The notes under the pieces were generated by a model. That model worked only from the letters and a program-made list of their open reading frames with translations. It had not been told where the DNA came from and did no database searches. A stretch of 64,000 bases of DNA from Octopus sinensis. Lineage: Eukaryota. Shown piece by piece: positions 1 to 58,685 of this stretch (position 1 is its first letter; every line of letters starts with the position of its first letter). A program made the translations under genes and the position numbers. The stretch spans positions 3,100,001-3,164,000 of the forward strand of contig NC_043025.1 in the NCBI RefSeq assembly GCF_006345805.1, written 5' to 3'.

Positions 1-340
1 AGCAGCTACCCTTCCCGGTAAGTAGCCTTTTTCGAATTCAGCTTAAGACTCTGTTCATAGGTTAAACTATGACACAGGGCCAAGAACAAGTGCCTGACAA
101 CAGGGGAGGATGCAGGGCTACACCGCTTTAAATGTGTTTGGGTGAAGTACAGTATATATATATAGTCAATAGTAAAATAATTTACTTTACCACACACCGA
201 ACTTTTAGAAATAGCAGCCAAAAAATTTTAGCTATTTCCTCTACTATAAGAAATTTAATTTAATTAATTTTATCCTTTTATTATTGACAATATAATAAAC
301 TACAGATCCCTCTGTAGGAACTTGTTGCTCTACAACTCAC

Positions 341-825
341 GTGGGTGGACGAGGGAAGTTACAAAACCTCATTCGTATCCAGCCACTGTCACTTCTAAAT
401 GGGCAAAAGCATCTCTTAGAACCTGATATCGAATTTCACATTCGGGACATCAAGGAGAAAGAGGTGAATGATTTCGTGAGAAAAGCTAGAGCAAAGAGTG
501 CCTCAGGAGATGACGGCGTCTCGTATAAAGTCTACAAGTACTGCAATCGTCTGCGAAAGAAGCTCTTCATCCTACTCCGACAGCTGTGGCGCGAATAGAC
601 TCTAGTAGAGGATTGGTGTAAGGCAGAAAGCATATACCGGTTGAAAGAGGTCAATGCAGAGACTATGGAACAGTTTAGGCCGATATCCTTATTGAATGTG
701 AAAGACAAGATCTTAATACGAATTCTCTCGGGGAGAACAGTGACATATTTACAGAATAACGGATATGTTGATGAATCTGTTCAAGAGGCCGGAATCTCTG
801 GGATGCCTGGATGCGTTGATCACTG

Positions 826-826
<1 letters not shown>
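341..826 (+). mobile_element. Non-LTR retrotransposon RT fragment, R2-superfamily (Hero-like), decayed
   Basis: KSASGDDGVSYKVYKYC...LW...QFRPISLLNVKDKI...YLQNNGYVDESVQEAG..GC; in-frame stop at 596-598; truncated by (TA)n. Confidence 0.75.
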
Positions 827-909
<83 letters not shown>

Positions 910-1085
910 AATTTATTATTATTATTAATATAAGGAAATTAATATCCAAACTCATCATAAAGATATACTCGTGTGAAAGAACTTATTGTATTACAGATAT
1001 ATATAAATAAATACATCTAAAAAAATACAAAAATAATGTATAAAATAAATTTGATAGTTTAAAAGTTTTAAATTAATTATTTAAG

Positions 1086-1177
1086 CATCTTACGATCGTT
1101 TCGCACAAGAGTTGTCCCTATTATGAAATCCTATATTGATAAGCATTTATAGACAACCCTTCTGCTCTTCAGTGATA
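1086..1177 (-). ncRNA. Type I hammerhead ribozyme, stem I imperfect
   Basis: TATCA CTGAAGA GCAGAAGGGTTGTC...GACAACTCTTGTGC GAAA CGATCG TA^ AGATG; A.A mismatch at the first stem I pair. Confidence 0.65.
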
Positions 1178-1976
1178 TAAAATATGAATATTGTATAATA
1201 TATCGAATGATGTTTTTTTTTTCAAAATTTGAAGTAAAATTGTAATATGGTCTTTGTTTGAAATGCAAAATAAAAATTAAAAATTACTACTTTTGATGAG
1301 TTTTTAAATCCATATATATTTCCTTTGATATTCTACTGCGATAATCCATAATATTCATACTCAAAATCCGTCATATTATCTTGTATTCCAGTATAGTTTC
1401 TTTTCAATTTGGAATGGTTTTTTTCACATTATTTCTTCAGTTTTTTACCATTGCCTAGCTACTGGCATGAGACAGGAGTTCAAGGATGGTAACTTCTTTT
1501 AAGAAAATAATGGAGAAAATAATGAAGAAAGACGCGATGCTGTCATCACTAAAAGCATTTTTTCTTAAGGTGCCAAGAAGGAAGATAGTGCGCATGCGAG
1601 CGTGTGTATGTGTGTGTATATGTGTGCGTATGTGTGCCTATGAGTTCATGTGTTGGGAAATATGTCTGGGTCTGCACTGTGTAATTTCGATGTTTTCCAT
1701 TGAAAATAAAGTCAGTTTTCTTTTAATTTCGTGTCTTTGTATGAACAAACATTAGTACAATATTTACAAATTAGAAAAATACGACCCAATATTACAGAGA
1801 TGAGTATCATGTTATAAATAGTGAGTCAGAGACAACATGTATATATGTATATGTATTAAAGAAAGCAAAAAATAAAACAAAAATGAGTGTTCAGTATGTT
1901 GGCGACGGGAATTTCTGTCAAAGAGACATGGTTAAACAAAGTTGTACAACATTTCCCTCTTCCTCTCACATACCCA

Positions 1977-2039
<63 letters not shown>

Positions 2040-3477
2040 GTTATTAATCCCACTGCCACCATCAACACTACTACTTTTAATGAAACATCAACAACTCTCC
2101 CTAAATTTCTTTATCTCTCTTTCTCTCCCTCTCTTTTTCTTTCTCTCTCTTTCTCACTGTCTGTCTTCGCCACCACCCTCACAGTCTCTATGCCTACTAT
2201 TACTCTCATCCCAGCATGAGGAACAGTAGAAATGTATTTGAATAGTGAGAGATTGGGTCTAAATGTGACACACTGACACACAGACATTAGTATTCGTATC
2301 TATTATATTAGATTCTTAGAAAATATATCCCGCTTTAAAAATATAAGTAGTGTGGCAGATTCCTTTGACTAATCCCATTAACGTGGTGCCCCAGAATATC
2401 CGCAATCCACTGACTGGGGCAAGGAAAGATAAAAGATAAAAGATGAAACATATGTGTTTGCTATTTGTGTTCCCGTGTCTTAATATCACGCAAAAGTTGT
2501 AAACTTGGATCACCGTCATACAAGCGGGCTTCTATGTTTCTTGAAAACCTTTTCTGTCAGAGGAACAGTTTTCTTCGCCTGAAGCAGGTGATGTTTGGTG
2601 TTTGTAACAGCATCTGACCATAGAAAATCTGTGTCACTGAATTCTGCCCGACCCATGCAACCGTGGCAATATGGACGTTAGAAGAATGATATTATACATG
2701 GGTGCGTATGTGTGTAAGTGTGTGTGTACGCGTGTGAATGTGTGTGTATGTGTGTAATGCGTGTATGTGTGTGTATATGTTTGACTGCGTGTATCTGTTT
2801 GAGTGTGTTTATGTGTGTGAATGTGTGTATGTGTGTAAGTGTGAGAGTGAGAGTGAGTGAGTGTGTGTGAAAGAGAGTGAGAGAGAGACGTAGAGTGAAT
2901 GTGTGTGTGTTTGTTTCTTTGCCATTATGCGTTTCTCACAGAAGTTTCTCCTAAGTGACTTGGTGTATTAAATCAAAGATCTTTATGACAAAATATTGCT
3001 AAAACTGTTTAATATTTGTATTTCATTTACAAATGCTCACATTTTTGACTTTAATCTAATGCTGTTTCAAGAGAATGTTGTGATTTAATTGACACCCGGT
3101 CAACCTCTGCATGAATCAGCATATGTTTAGCTTGTTTAATGCCTTATATTGGAATAAAGAGACTGGATTAACTCAGGATGTCTGGGATCTTCGTCGCTTT
3201 GTAGCGGCCAAATGAAACTGAAACATCGTTGATGCCCTCTCTGTGTTTTTAATACACCAAATTCCTTAAGCGAAGTCTATCCGAGACAAATCTCAGAACA
3301 ACCGCCGTTCTGAGTTTCTCTATGCATTATAAATGATCTACACACAAACTATCATCTATAGATGAGTACATACATGTAAACATTGGCAGTTATGTTGTAT
3401 TAATATTGTTTCAGCCATTATAAAAAAAAAACGTATCAATGAATTCAAACAGAAAGAAGAAAAGTTTTGTTCCGTAC

Positions 3478-48832
<45,355 letters not shown>

Positions 48833-49756
48833 ATTTTCAGGCGCAGATTAATCTGTCAAAGAGGAATATAGAAAATACCAGACTTTAATGTTATTAACAT
48901 GTTTTTGGAAGGAATTAAAATTCACCCGTTCCACATAACAAATGTATCTTTATTGTCATAATTGGACATTTCAAGTAAAAATATACATTTCGATAAATTA
49001 GCGTGAAGAAATTTATTATTGATTACTGGTTCACAAACACATACACACAAATACACACACATGCACACTCACACACACACTTACTTGGTGGGTCCACTAT
49101 AAAACTAATAAATCATAAATCTGGTGAATCATAAACACGTCGTGCCTATAAACGGTCGAGCCGCTACATGCTATGCCCCCCCCCCACACAAGCAACTGTA
49201 TTGTAATGAATGATTTTTCCTACACCCTAGGTGTAGAAGTGTTGATACTAAATTTCTTATCGAAAATTCTTTGAATGATTTTATTTTACTAAAACTTTTC
49301 CTGAAAAAAAAGAGAACAAAGTATGAACGTAAATGAACAAATGAAAATGTACCTACAACGAAAGAAGCGAATTTCCTTGGTGACACTAGGACACACAGGA
49401 TAATAATGAAATGGATAAGAACACAAGAAAAGCAAAAGAAACATGGACAAGAGTAAAAGCAAGAATGAAAAAGGTCTAAGAACATGCAATATATACATAA
49501 ATATCTATCTACCCCCCCTCTCTCTCTCTCTCTCTCTCTCTTTAGTTACTCTTTACTCTTTGTTACTCTTTTACTTGTTTCAGTCATTTGACTGCGGCCA
49601 TGCTGCAGCACTGCCTTTAGTCGAGCAAATCGACCCCGGGACTTATTCATTGTAAGCCCAGTACTTATTCTATGGGTCACTTTTGCCGAACCGCTAAATG
49701 ACGGGGACGTAAACACACTAGCATCGGTTGTCAAGCAATGCTAGGAGGACAAAGAC

Positions 49757-49803
<47 letters not shown>

Positions 49804-49809
49804 TATATA

Positions 49810-49851
<42 letters not shown>

Positions 49852-49934
49852 TAATTAAGGTAGAAATTGATATTTATCAATTAAGACCAGTGGTCTAGCA
49901 TATTAAAAAAGAATCCGAAGATTAAAAATTATTT

Positions 49935-50635
49935 ATATATACCAATTAAGGACTGAACAGAAAAGTGGACAGTCAACATGCTAGATATAGACGTCAAATC
50001 GCCATTCACCACAAAAGATTATGTTTCTCAGATCAAACTCAACACAAAACCATAGCAATAAACAAGTGAAAGATATACGAAATAAAATAATTACCCATGT
50101 ACTAATTAGTTTCAGCTGTTATTTCCCGGAAGGAAAACTGCAGCCATCATCAGCATGGTCCGTTATAAATGTAATTTGCTGGACTAGATGCAAACACGAT
50201 ACCGAAATATCGCGTGCATGGAGTTCAGCCTATTACATTTGAATATATCTTTCAAATGCCTTTACTTGGGCGCGTTGAAACCCGAGAGAAAAACTAGCCT
50301 GCAGCTAATAATTAGCAGCAGTTAATTTATCGGTTAGAGAACATATTTATTTATATAAAATTAATTAAGGGTAGTTTTATATAAAATTTATAGTTTATAG
50401 GGTAGTTTATATAAAATTAATTAAGGGTAGTTTTCCTTGCGGAAAATAACAGCTGAAACTAATTAGTACATGGGTAATTATTTTATTTCGTATATCTTTC
50501 ACTTGTTTATTGCTATGGTTTTGTGTTGAGTTTGATCTGAGAACATAATCTTTTGTGGTGATGAATGGCGATTGACGTCTATATCTAGCATGTTGACTGT
50601 CCACTTTTCGTGTTCAGTCCTTAATTGGTATATAT
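49935..50635. mobile_element. Fold-back HHR-bearing PLE-terminus-like element
   Basis: ~205-bp inverted arms 49935-50139 / 50429-50635; the ORF track shows mirrored peptides on both strands. Confidence 0.8.
50095..50158 (-). ncRNA. Type I hammerhead ribozyme
   Basis: CCATG CTGATGA T-GGCTG...CAGCT GAAA CTAATTAG TA^ CATGG. Confidence 0.8.
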
Positions 50636-51321
50636 ATATACATATATACGACAGGCTTCTTTCAGTTTCGTCTACCAAATCCACTCACAAGGCATTGGTC
50701 GGCCCGGGGCTATAGCAGAAGACACTTGCCCAAGATGCCACGCAGTGGGACTGAACCCGGAACCATGTGGTTGTTAGCAAGCTACTTACCACACAGCCAC
50801 TCCTGCGCCTATATATATATATATATATATCCCTTATTTTGGTGTTTCGGAAAAGGGAGGCCGGGGGTGGGCGAGACACCACCGCCCCGGATTTTTGGGA
50901 ATTTTTGTTTCGTAAACTGAATTACAATTTTTCCGAAGAATGAAAAATTCCAGTTTTTGTCCGGAAAACGGAGCGGGGGTGGGGGTGGAAGCCTCGGAGG
51001 TTTTACCCCCAACCTTAGTTTCACTTTTTGGAAAATTATTACACGAGGGTGACTACTTGTTTTGAAGGGAACCTTTCCAGCAGCACTCGTTCTTTTAGAA
51101 ATAAGAGCCAAGACACCCCTAGCCACACTGCACCGTCTTGAGCAAAACTTACCCGTACGGTATTCTTACGTCATTTTGTGAGTGTGTGTGTGTGTGTATG
51201 TGTGTATATATGTATGTGTGTTTATATATGGGTGCGTATATATGATGAAAGATGTAGAAATTATTGAAGTACATAAAATTTTTGTAACACGCATACAGAA
51301 AACTTCAAATATATATATTTT

Positions 51322-51363
<42 letters not shown>

Positions 51364-51569
51364 TGTGTGTGTGTGTGTCTGTATAAGTCTCTAATTGTGT
51401 TGTTTTTGCTTTACATCAAAATAATCTTCCTTCACATTCAAGAACTTGTTGCAGCTGACCAACTCACGATCAACACCATCACTACATTTTTCACTTCATA
51501 TCTACTACTACTACTACTACTACTACTATGCTGCTGCTGCTGCTACTACTACTACCACTATTATTATTA

Positions 51570-52127
51570 TTGAGTGAGAGTACAACACATGCCATCAAAG
51601 TGACACTTGGGTAAAATATACGAAGCCCCGTATACCCCTCATGACTATCCGTCTGATAAGGGTACACCAGGCACATGCATCACAACCATATGTGCATGAC
51701 ATGGTGATCTCATATCAAGATAAACAGCACATGACCTTGTAGGTGGGGCCCAGTTAGAATTTTCTTCTGGTCGAGTAACCCGTCCCACTCGAAAGGTCCC
51801 TGAATAAGGGTTGTTTAAGGAAGTTGAACGAAACACCCATGTTTCCAGAGACGAATTATTCAAACCCCAAAGAATCCCTCTCAACACATGGCTATGATGC
51901 TCCCCCACTACTTCTGCTCGTGGTCAGAGATGCACATATCGTCAGCCACTAAGGGACATGCTCAACTGGTTAAGGTCAAACAACTGACAAGCAAATCTGT
52001 GGTATTGAGCAGAATATTTGTTGTAGCCCATCTTTTATACCAAGACAAAACAATGTACATGATAACATTTCCAATCGGTTAAGTTCAGGAGTCATGAGAG
52101 CCACTGCCTGGTACTGCATCAGGGCAT
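51570..52127. mobile_element. ~560-bp interspersed repeat (SINE-like) between (TAT)n and (CAT)n tracts
   Basis: Discrete GC-richer block bounded by trinucleotide microsatellites; family not assigned. Confidence 0.45.
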
Positions 52128-52129
52128 TT

Positions 52130-52421
<292 letters not shown>

Positions 52422-55102
52422 ATGTTCCTGGATATGTTAGTTGCGTGTTAGGATCTGTGTAAATTTCCCTTGATATTTGTTGTTTCCTCCATTGGGTTTC
52501 CAAATTCGCCCTGTAAGGGCGAATTTTTAGCTTGAAAAGTTACAAATAAATATTTTGAAAATCTCCTTTCGTCTATCTCAAAGAATCTCTTCTGCTGATA
52601 CTGGTCTATTTTTCTCTGATATCTGGAAAACCTGCCTGCTATTGCTGTGATAAGATTTCCATCTCTTACCTCAAATTCTTTCTCTTTGACTAATTATATT
52701 TTCTCAAGAGATTTAAATCCTGTGTCTCCTAACCTGTCCTGTTTCCAAGTTTCTATTGTACTCAAATCTTATCTTCACTTTTTCTTCTACTCACATTTGC
52801 CACATCTGCTCCTTCTTATTATTTTCTTAAGGAATACCTACTCTTCTAGTAAATCTGTCCTTCATGCATGCATCAATAAGTTAGTGTCATCTACAATATT
52901 AGTGTCCATCCTATTGGTAACAGAATCTACCTTCCTAGGAATATCCTTGCAATTTCATTCTAGTTTCATCTTTGAATACTGGTAACCGTTTCCTTTCTTT
53001 ATTCACTGATCCCTGCAACTTATCTAAAACTCTTCACTTTTCTTCACTTACATCGCTTGAGTCGATGATGCCAGTTGTCCCTTCTTGACCTCTGCTGCTA
53101 TTATGACGTTTTCTTTTGGTTTGAATAGTATATCGTATGTTTTTCATTTTTTGTTTTTCTACTACTACTACTCCACCTATAATTCTATTATCCATTTTCT
53201 TCTCTTAATAACTTTATCCTGGTCTGCTACTCTCTGCTCAGTCACTTTAAACATACCCTGCTCTAAACTGTCTTAACATCCGTTTCTCTAACCCTTTTTC
53301 GGTTCATTTATAAGTAGCCCTGCCTCACTATCCTATTTTCTCCGCTGCTCAGCTTCCTTCTCCTTACTCAATTATCTGCTGAGGACGTCTTAGTATAACA
53401 GCTACAGTCAGCCTACATCTGTACTGAACCGCTGCCGAGCGAGAGGCATACCCTTAAAGGTCCAGCCTCATTTTCGTTGTCACCACCTGTGAGTTATGTC
53501 TCTCATAAACTGAGGTAAGCTAATGTCCGTCACCATCATCACCACCTCTGTTAATATTTGACATCTGATCATTTTAAGTCAGTTTCTATTGCATCACGTG
53601 CTATCATTTCGTGTTGCTGAGGTGTGTGTAGCACTGTGTTACGCAGCAGAACTGTTTAGCACTTACACCTAATTTTAATATTAGACATCTGGTCAATTTG
53701 GTTGTTTTAACCTTAAATACCAGATATTTGGCTAACCAGAGCTTTTCTTAGCATCAAGTCCCATGACCCAGTCGTTGGCCAAATTAGTTGCAGCTACTGG
53801 TCAGTTTAATTGTTCAATCGTGAGTTTGGAACAGAGTGTGTTCCCAACGCGGGGAAAATCATTTTTGCCTGTGGAGCCTACCTATGGAAATAAAAATGCG
53901 AGTTTCTTCCGGTTTTGGTCTTTGGACCAGCCACCGATGAACAGACCCCTGTCAGTTTCACAGCTTTCTTCAACCGATCGGCATCCGTCTTTATCATTGC
54001 AGCAACAGAGAGCAGACCACATCATCAGACCCAGCTGAACTGAAGTTATTTCAATGTTTGTTCCCGACTGTAGTATTAACATCATTCCGTTTCACAATAT
54101 TCTTTTATTATAACAAAAAGAATAAGTCGTCGCTTTTACAACTCATTCAAATCTCATCGTTCTTCTTTCCACACAACGTCATTATAAATGGTGACCTATG
54201 AACTCGTCTCGTTATAGTTCTTTTGTTTTGTTTGGAGAGTATTGTATTGCATTAGTATGCTTTGTTATGCGGCTTGGTTTGAGTCTTCTGTTCTATCATA
54301 GTTAATATTGCGCTTTGAGTGTATAGTGCTGCGAGTTGTGTTCAGCTGGGTATCGCGCCTGTATGGCATATGTTGTGCGGGTTGTTCATTTTCTTGGGTA
54401 TTTATTGTGTGTGGTTATTCCTGTGTGTTTTGTGTATAGAGTTGCATTGTAGAATGCGTATATCACATCATTGTCATCGTTATCATCTGACCATGGTTCT
54501 CTTTCGGTCTTGTTACTCATTGGGTCAGTGGCGTTTAGAGATAGGTCCGTCTTTACAGCGTTAACGTTTTGACACCGCATCTGGACGCGGGTTGAAGATT
54601 CTTTCGTATCAAAATGGCCTGTTATTTCTTTCTCCTTTCTCCTTTATTTACAGCTTTATCACCAAGCACCGGTCTTGATTATTCCTTTATACTGTTTAGA
54701 AGGACTGACGCTTGACGTCTCTTTTCTTAAACACATTTAAATACAATGTGTTCGGTGTCTGTTTTGTACTCGTCCGTGTATAAATAATATATCGCGCATA
54801 AATTATATATTTGCAGATGTATGAGCGAGAAACCACGGAACAGTAATGTACAAATGTATAGAGAATTTGCAGGTATGGGAATGCATATCTGATTAATAAT
54901 ATAGTCAATTGTTCAATTCTGGTATAGCAGTATTGCAGTCCGCGTGTTTAAATCTCCACAACCACTTTGCTGTGGTGGTGCATTTAGAAGAGGCTAGGTT
55001 ACTCACATACACAAACACACACATATTTTGTGACTGTGCATCTCGATTATATATATATATATAAATATAATCAAAATAAGCAACAAGGATATCCAACGGT
55101 AG

Positions 55103-55169
55103 TGCAGTACAATCGTTTCATGTGACTTCATTTAATTAAACAATGCAAGTTGAGCAATCGTCAGCTGCA
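55103..55169 (-). ncRNA. Type I hammerhead ribozyme
   Basis: TGCAG CTGACGA T-TG...CA-T GAAA CGATTG TA^ CTGCA. Confidence 0.75.
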
Positions 55170-55820
55170 TATGGAATTTTTAAGTTAAACTGAAAAGATC
55201 CATTTTTATACTTTTTCCATTTACCAACGTTACAAAGAGGGTAGGTTGATAGACAGAGAAGCAAGTCTCATCAACAGAAACATGGTAGTAAATGATATTT
55301 AATCATGGATATATTTCTTACCACTGAATGTACATTATTATTTAGATTTACTATTGGGGAGGGGGTTTGATAGTATTCTATTAAGTTCAGTGGAGACAGC
55401 CCCAAGAATCTATCTATTTATAGATAGAGGAAGAGACAGTGGCAGGCCCATAAATGAAGCTCTCTTTGAAGAACCTTCATCTGGTACATTTTGAACTTTT
55501 TCAGCTAAAGTTAGTAGGCTGAAACTGATGGGGTAGGGAGAATAGCAACTTCCAATACTTAACTATTTAACAGCCACAATAAGATACTAATAATTTTAGT
55601 ATCTTATATAGGGATGGAGAGTATAGAAATAATTTCATTTTTATATAGATATAAATCAAATTAATATAAATTTATAATTAGTCAGTAAATAATAATTTAT
55701 TTGTATTAATGAGTTAAGTTAAAGGAATATGCTGGACATATTTATTTTCTGCGTGTTAATGACTATAGAATGTACTTACTTGTGCTATAAAATAGATAGT
55801 GAATTATGATAGTATATATA

Positions 55821-55877
<57 letters not shown>

Positions 55878-56426
55878 GTGTGTGTGTGTGTAAACATTAC
55901 TTTATATAATTAGGGATCAGCAAAAAGATTTTGCTTTACCACATACCGAACTTTTAGAAATTGTTTTTGAGTATACATTGTCTGGGAGACTCTTCTTATA
56001 GTAGAGGAAATAGCTAAATTCTTTGGCTGCTATTTCTAAAAGTTCGGTATGTGGTAAAGTAAATTTTTTGCTGAACCCTAATCATATATAGTAATGTTTA
56101 AATTTACCGTAAATGGTCTTTTACATACTGAACACTGCTTGGTAAAATTATTAATTACTAATTAATTAATTAATTTTACCCTTATTATCATTGACAATAT
56201 ATATGTATATATATTTATATATATATATATATATATAAAGGGAAAGTTTACGAAATTAAACAAAGACGAAGGTAGGTAGTGTACAAACAGATGTATTAGT
56301 ATAACGCTCAGGAATAGAAAAAGTATTTTACGTTTCGTGCCTACGCTCTTCTACAGAAAGGGACACAGAAAAAACAAGGAGAGAAAAATGTGTGTAGTGG
56401 CTAACGATCCATCATGGCGTCCGTAC

Positions 56427-56464
<38 letters not shown>

Positions 56465-58026
56465 ACGTACATACATACACACATAATACATACATAACTA
56501 CCTACATAAATACATGCATACGTACGTTTATGTGTGTGTATATATGCAGGTGCAGGGGTGGCGTTGTAGTAATAAGTTTCCAAAACCAAACAGTCTTGGA
56601 TCCGTTTCCTCTGTGCAGCATCTTCAGCAAGCGTCATCTATTAAGCTCCAACGTCTTTGTGAGTGAATTTGGTAAACAGAAACTGCAAGAAGTCAGTCAC
56701 ACACACACACATATATATAAAAGTGTGTGTATATGTGCGTGTGTGTTTATATGTGTATGATCGCACACTGTGATGCCTGGTGTAAGGTTGCGTCCTGTTG
56801 ATTCAATATTGAAGCAATGGCATGCAACCGTATTCTACATTCCACCAATAACAGTAACTAATTCTAAAGTTATTACTACTGCATACAGGTGGTTCAATTT
56901 TCAACCAGCAGGATGTAACGTGATGCTAATGCTTATGATATCCATGCAGTAGAAAGGCGTGTCGTTCAAAGATATAAAATGACTAAATTGTATAGTACAT
57001 ATAATATGGTACAAAACAAGTTTCTGCATGTGTAATTTTTCGTTCTTATTTTAATGTCTTTTAAACAGGATAAAACTCGAAATAGTGAACTCGGAATTTT
57101 GGAACTAAGTGGAAGACAATGATTGTTTACCATAAAGAGTTTCCCGTTTTGCCATACCATTCGATGTGGTTGACCAGAGCCATGATTTAATATTAATGTC
57201 CCTTTATATTATGTATATGTGTGTGTGCATGAGTGTGTCTCTGTGTGTTTGTGTGTATATGTATATATAAATACATATATATTGTGTGCATGTATAAGTA
57301 AATATATGTATATATGTGTGTGTGTATGTATATATGTATAATATATATATATATATATATATATCGATAGAGAGAGAGATTGATAGACAGATAGATAGAT
57401 ACATACATACATACATACATAGATAGACAGATGATCGATTGATTGATCGATAGATAGATCATTTTCTATTGTTGCGTCATTTAAAATTTCAGGAACACAA
57501 ACCTCAATTCCCGCTCGCTGTCTTCGATGAGATCCGTCAATTCTAATTTATGGCGTAGAATTTAAACCAGAGCTGAAAACAATCCCTTACGTTTGACATC
57601 CATTGGGCTACGCCCATGCTGGGGCACTGCCTTAAAGTGTTTTAGTCGAACAAATCGACCCCAGTACTTGTTGTTAAGCCTGATGCGTATTCTCGCTGTC
57701 CCTTACGCTGATTTGCCTACAGTTACGCAACTTTATACTTTTGATTTCTTTATTATTAATTACCAGAAAAAAGAAAAACATGAATGCAATTATCGTCAGC
57801 GGCAGGCAATTCTGCATCAGACGTAAATGCTTTGAAAATGATGTGGCAAAAATTTGAGAAGCTTCAAGTGGTTGTAAGGAATTTAACAAGATTCCGATCG
57901 GCCAAATTACTGGGGCGTGAACAAACCAGAACCTGTTCCCAAGCGGTAATGGTGGACAAACTGAAACACATACACATATATATATACACGTTCACATATA
58001 CATAGATATATACATATATGTATATA

Positions 58027-58069
<43 letters not shown>

Positions 58070-58139
58070 GTTGTGTGTGTGGTGTGTGTGTGTATAACAA
58101 ACTGAGTTTGGGGCTACCAATAAATATATATAATTTAAA

Positions 58140-58590
58140 TATAGGATAAAATCTTTACGAGAATTTATCAAGTAGTTAGCGTGAAAAACCTCATAAGGGA
58201 AAATTTATTAATTATTCCCTATAAATATATTTATTTATATTAAGGGCATTACTATACATAAATGCCTCACGCTAGGAGGGTCTCTTGAAGTCAAAACTAC
58301 TATAATGCCCACATTGTACCGAACGCGAGGGAATGCAACTCTCAAAGCGAGCCTCCAGAAACAGACTCAGCTGTACATCATATGATTTCGTAATTAGTGC
58401 ACAAAATGCACTTTTCACTCATTAGTGCAAGCATAGTCAAGACATATAAAAATAAACAAAATCAACGTACCAGACGAACACATATATCCTTGCGTTTATT
58501 ACAATGTGGTTATTATAGTAGTGTTGACTTCAAGAGTCCCTCATAGTGTGAGGCATTTCTATATAGTGATGCCCTTAGTATAAATAAATA
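58140..58590. mobile_element. Second diverged relative of the 483-bp unit with ~90-bp fold-back and mutated HHR
   Basis: Shared GTAGTTAGCGTGAAAAACCTC and GGGCATTAC..CATAAATGCCTCAC blocks; arms 58228-58318 / 58500-58590. Confidence 0.8.
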
Positions 58591-58594
58591 CATG

Positions 58595-58633
<39 letters not shown>

Positions 58634-58652
58634 GTGCGTATGTATATGTGTT

Positions 58653-58685
<33 letters not shown>

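Larger units (their letters stand above)
49560..50810 (-). mobile_element. Second-family tRNA-SINE, split by an insertion into its internal (TA)n
   Basis: Head 50648-50810 (GGCGCAGGAGTGGCTGTGTGG..GGTTCAGTCCC) and tail 49560-49770; decayed relatives at 23440-23545, 43620-43870, 56555-56695, 57600-57730. Confidence 0.7.

Noticed and set aside
49085-49180. Possible 5'UTR exon or promoter of the aGPCR (GTAAGT donor at 49079-49084)
   Set aside because: Donor match only; unsupported without transcript data
50648-50810. tRNA gene
   Set aside because: A/B boxes are present but continue into a SINE body; no cloverleaf with acceptor stem
50855-51012. G-rich segment as a G-quadruplex regulatory element
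   Set aside because: G-runs are irregular and the segment looks like a low-quality or decayed MITE sequence
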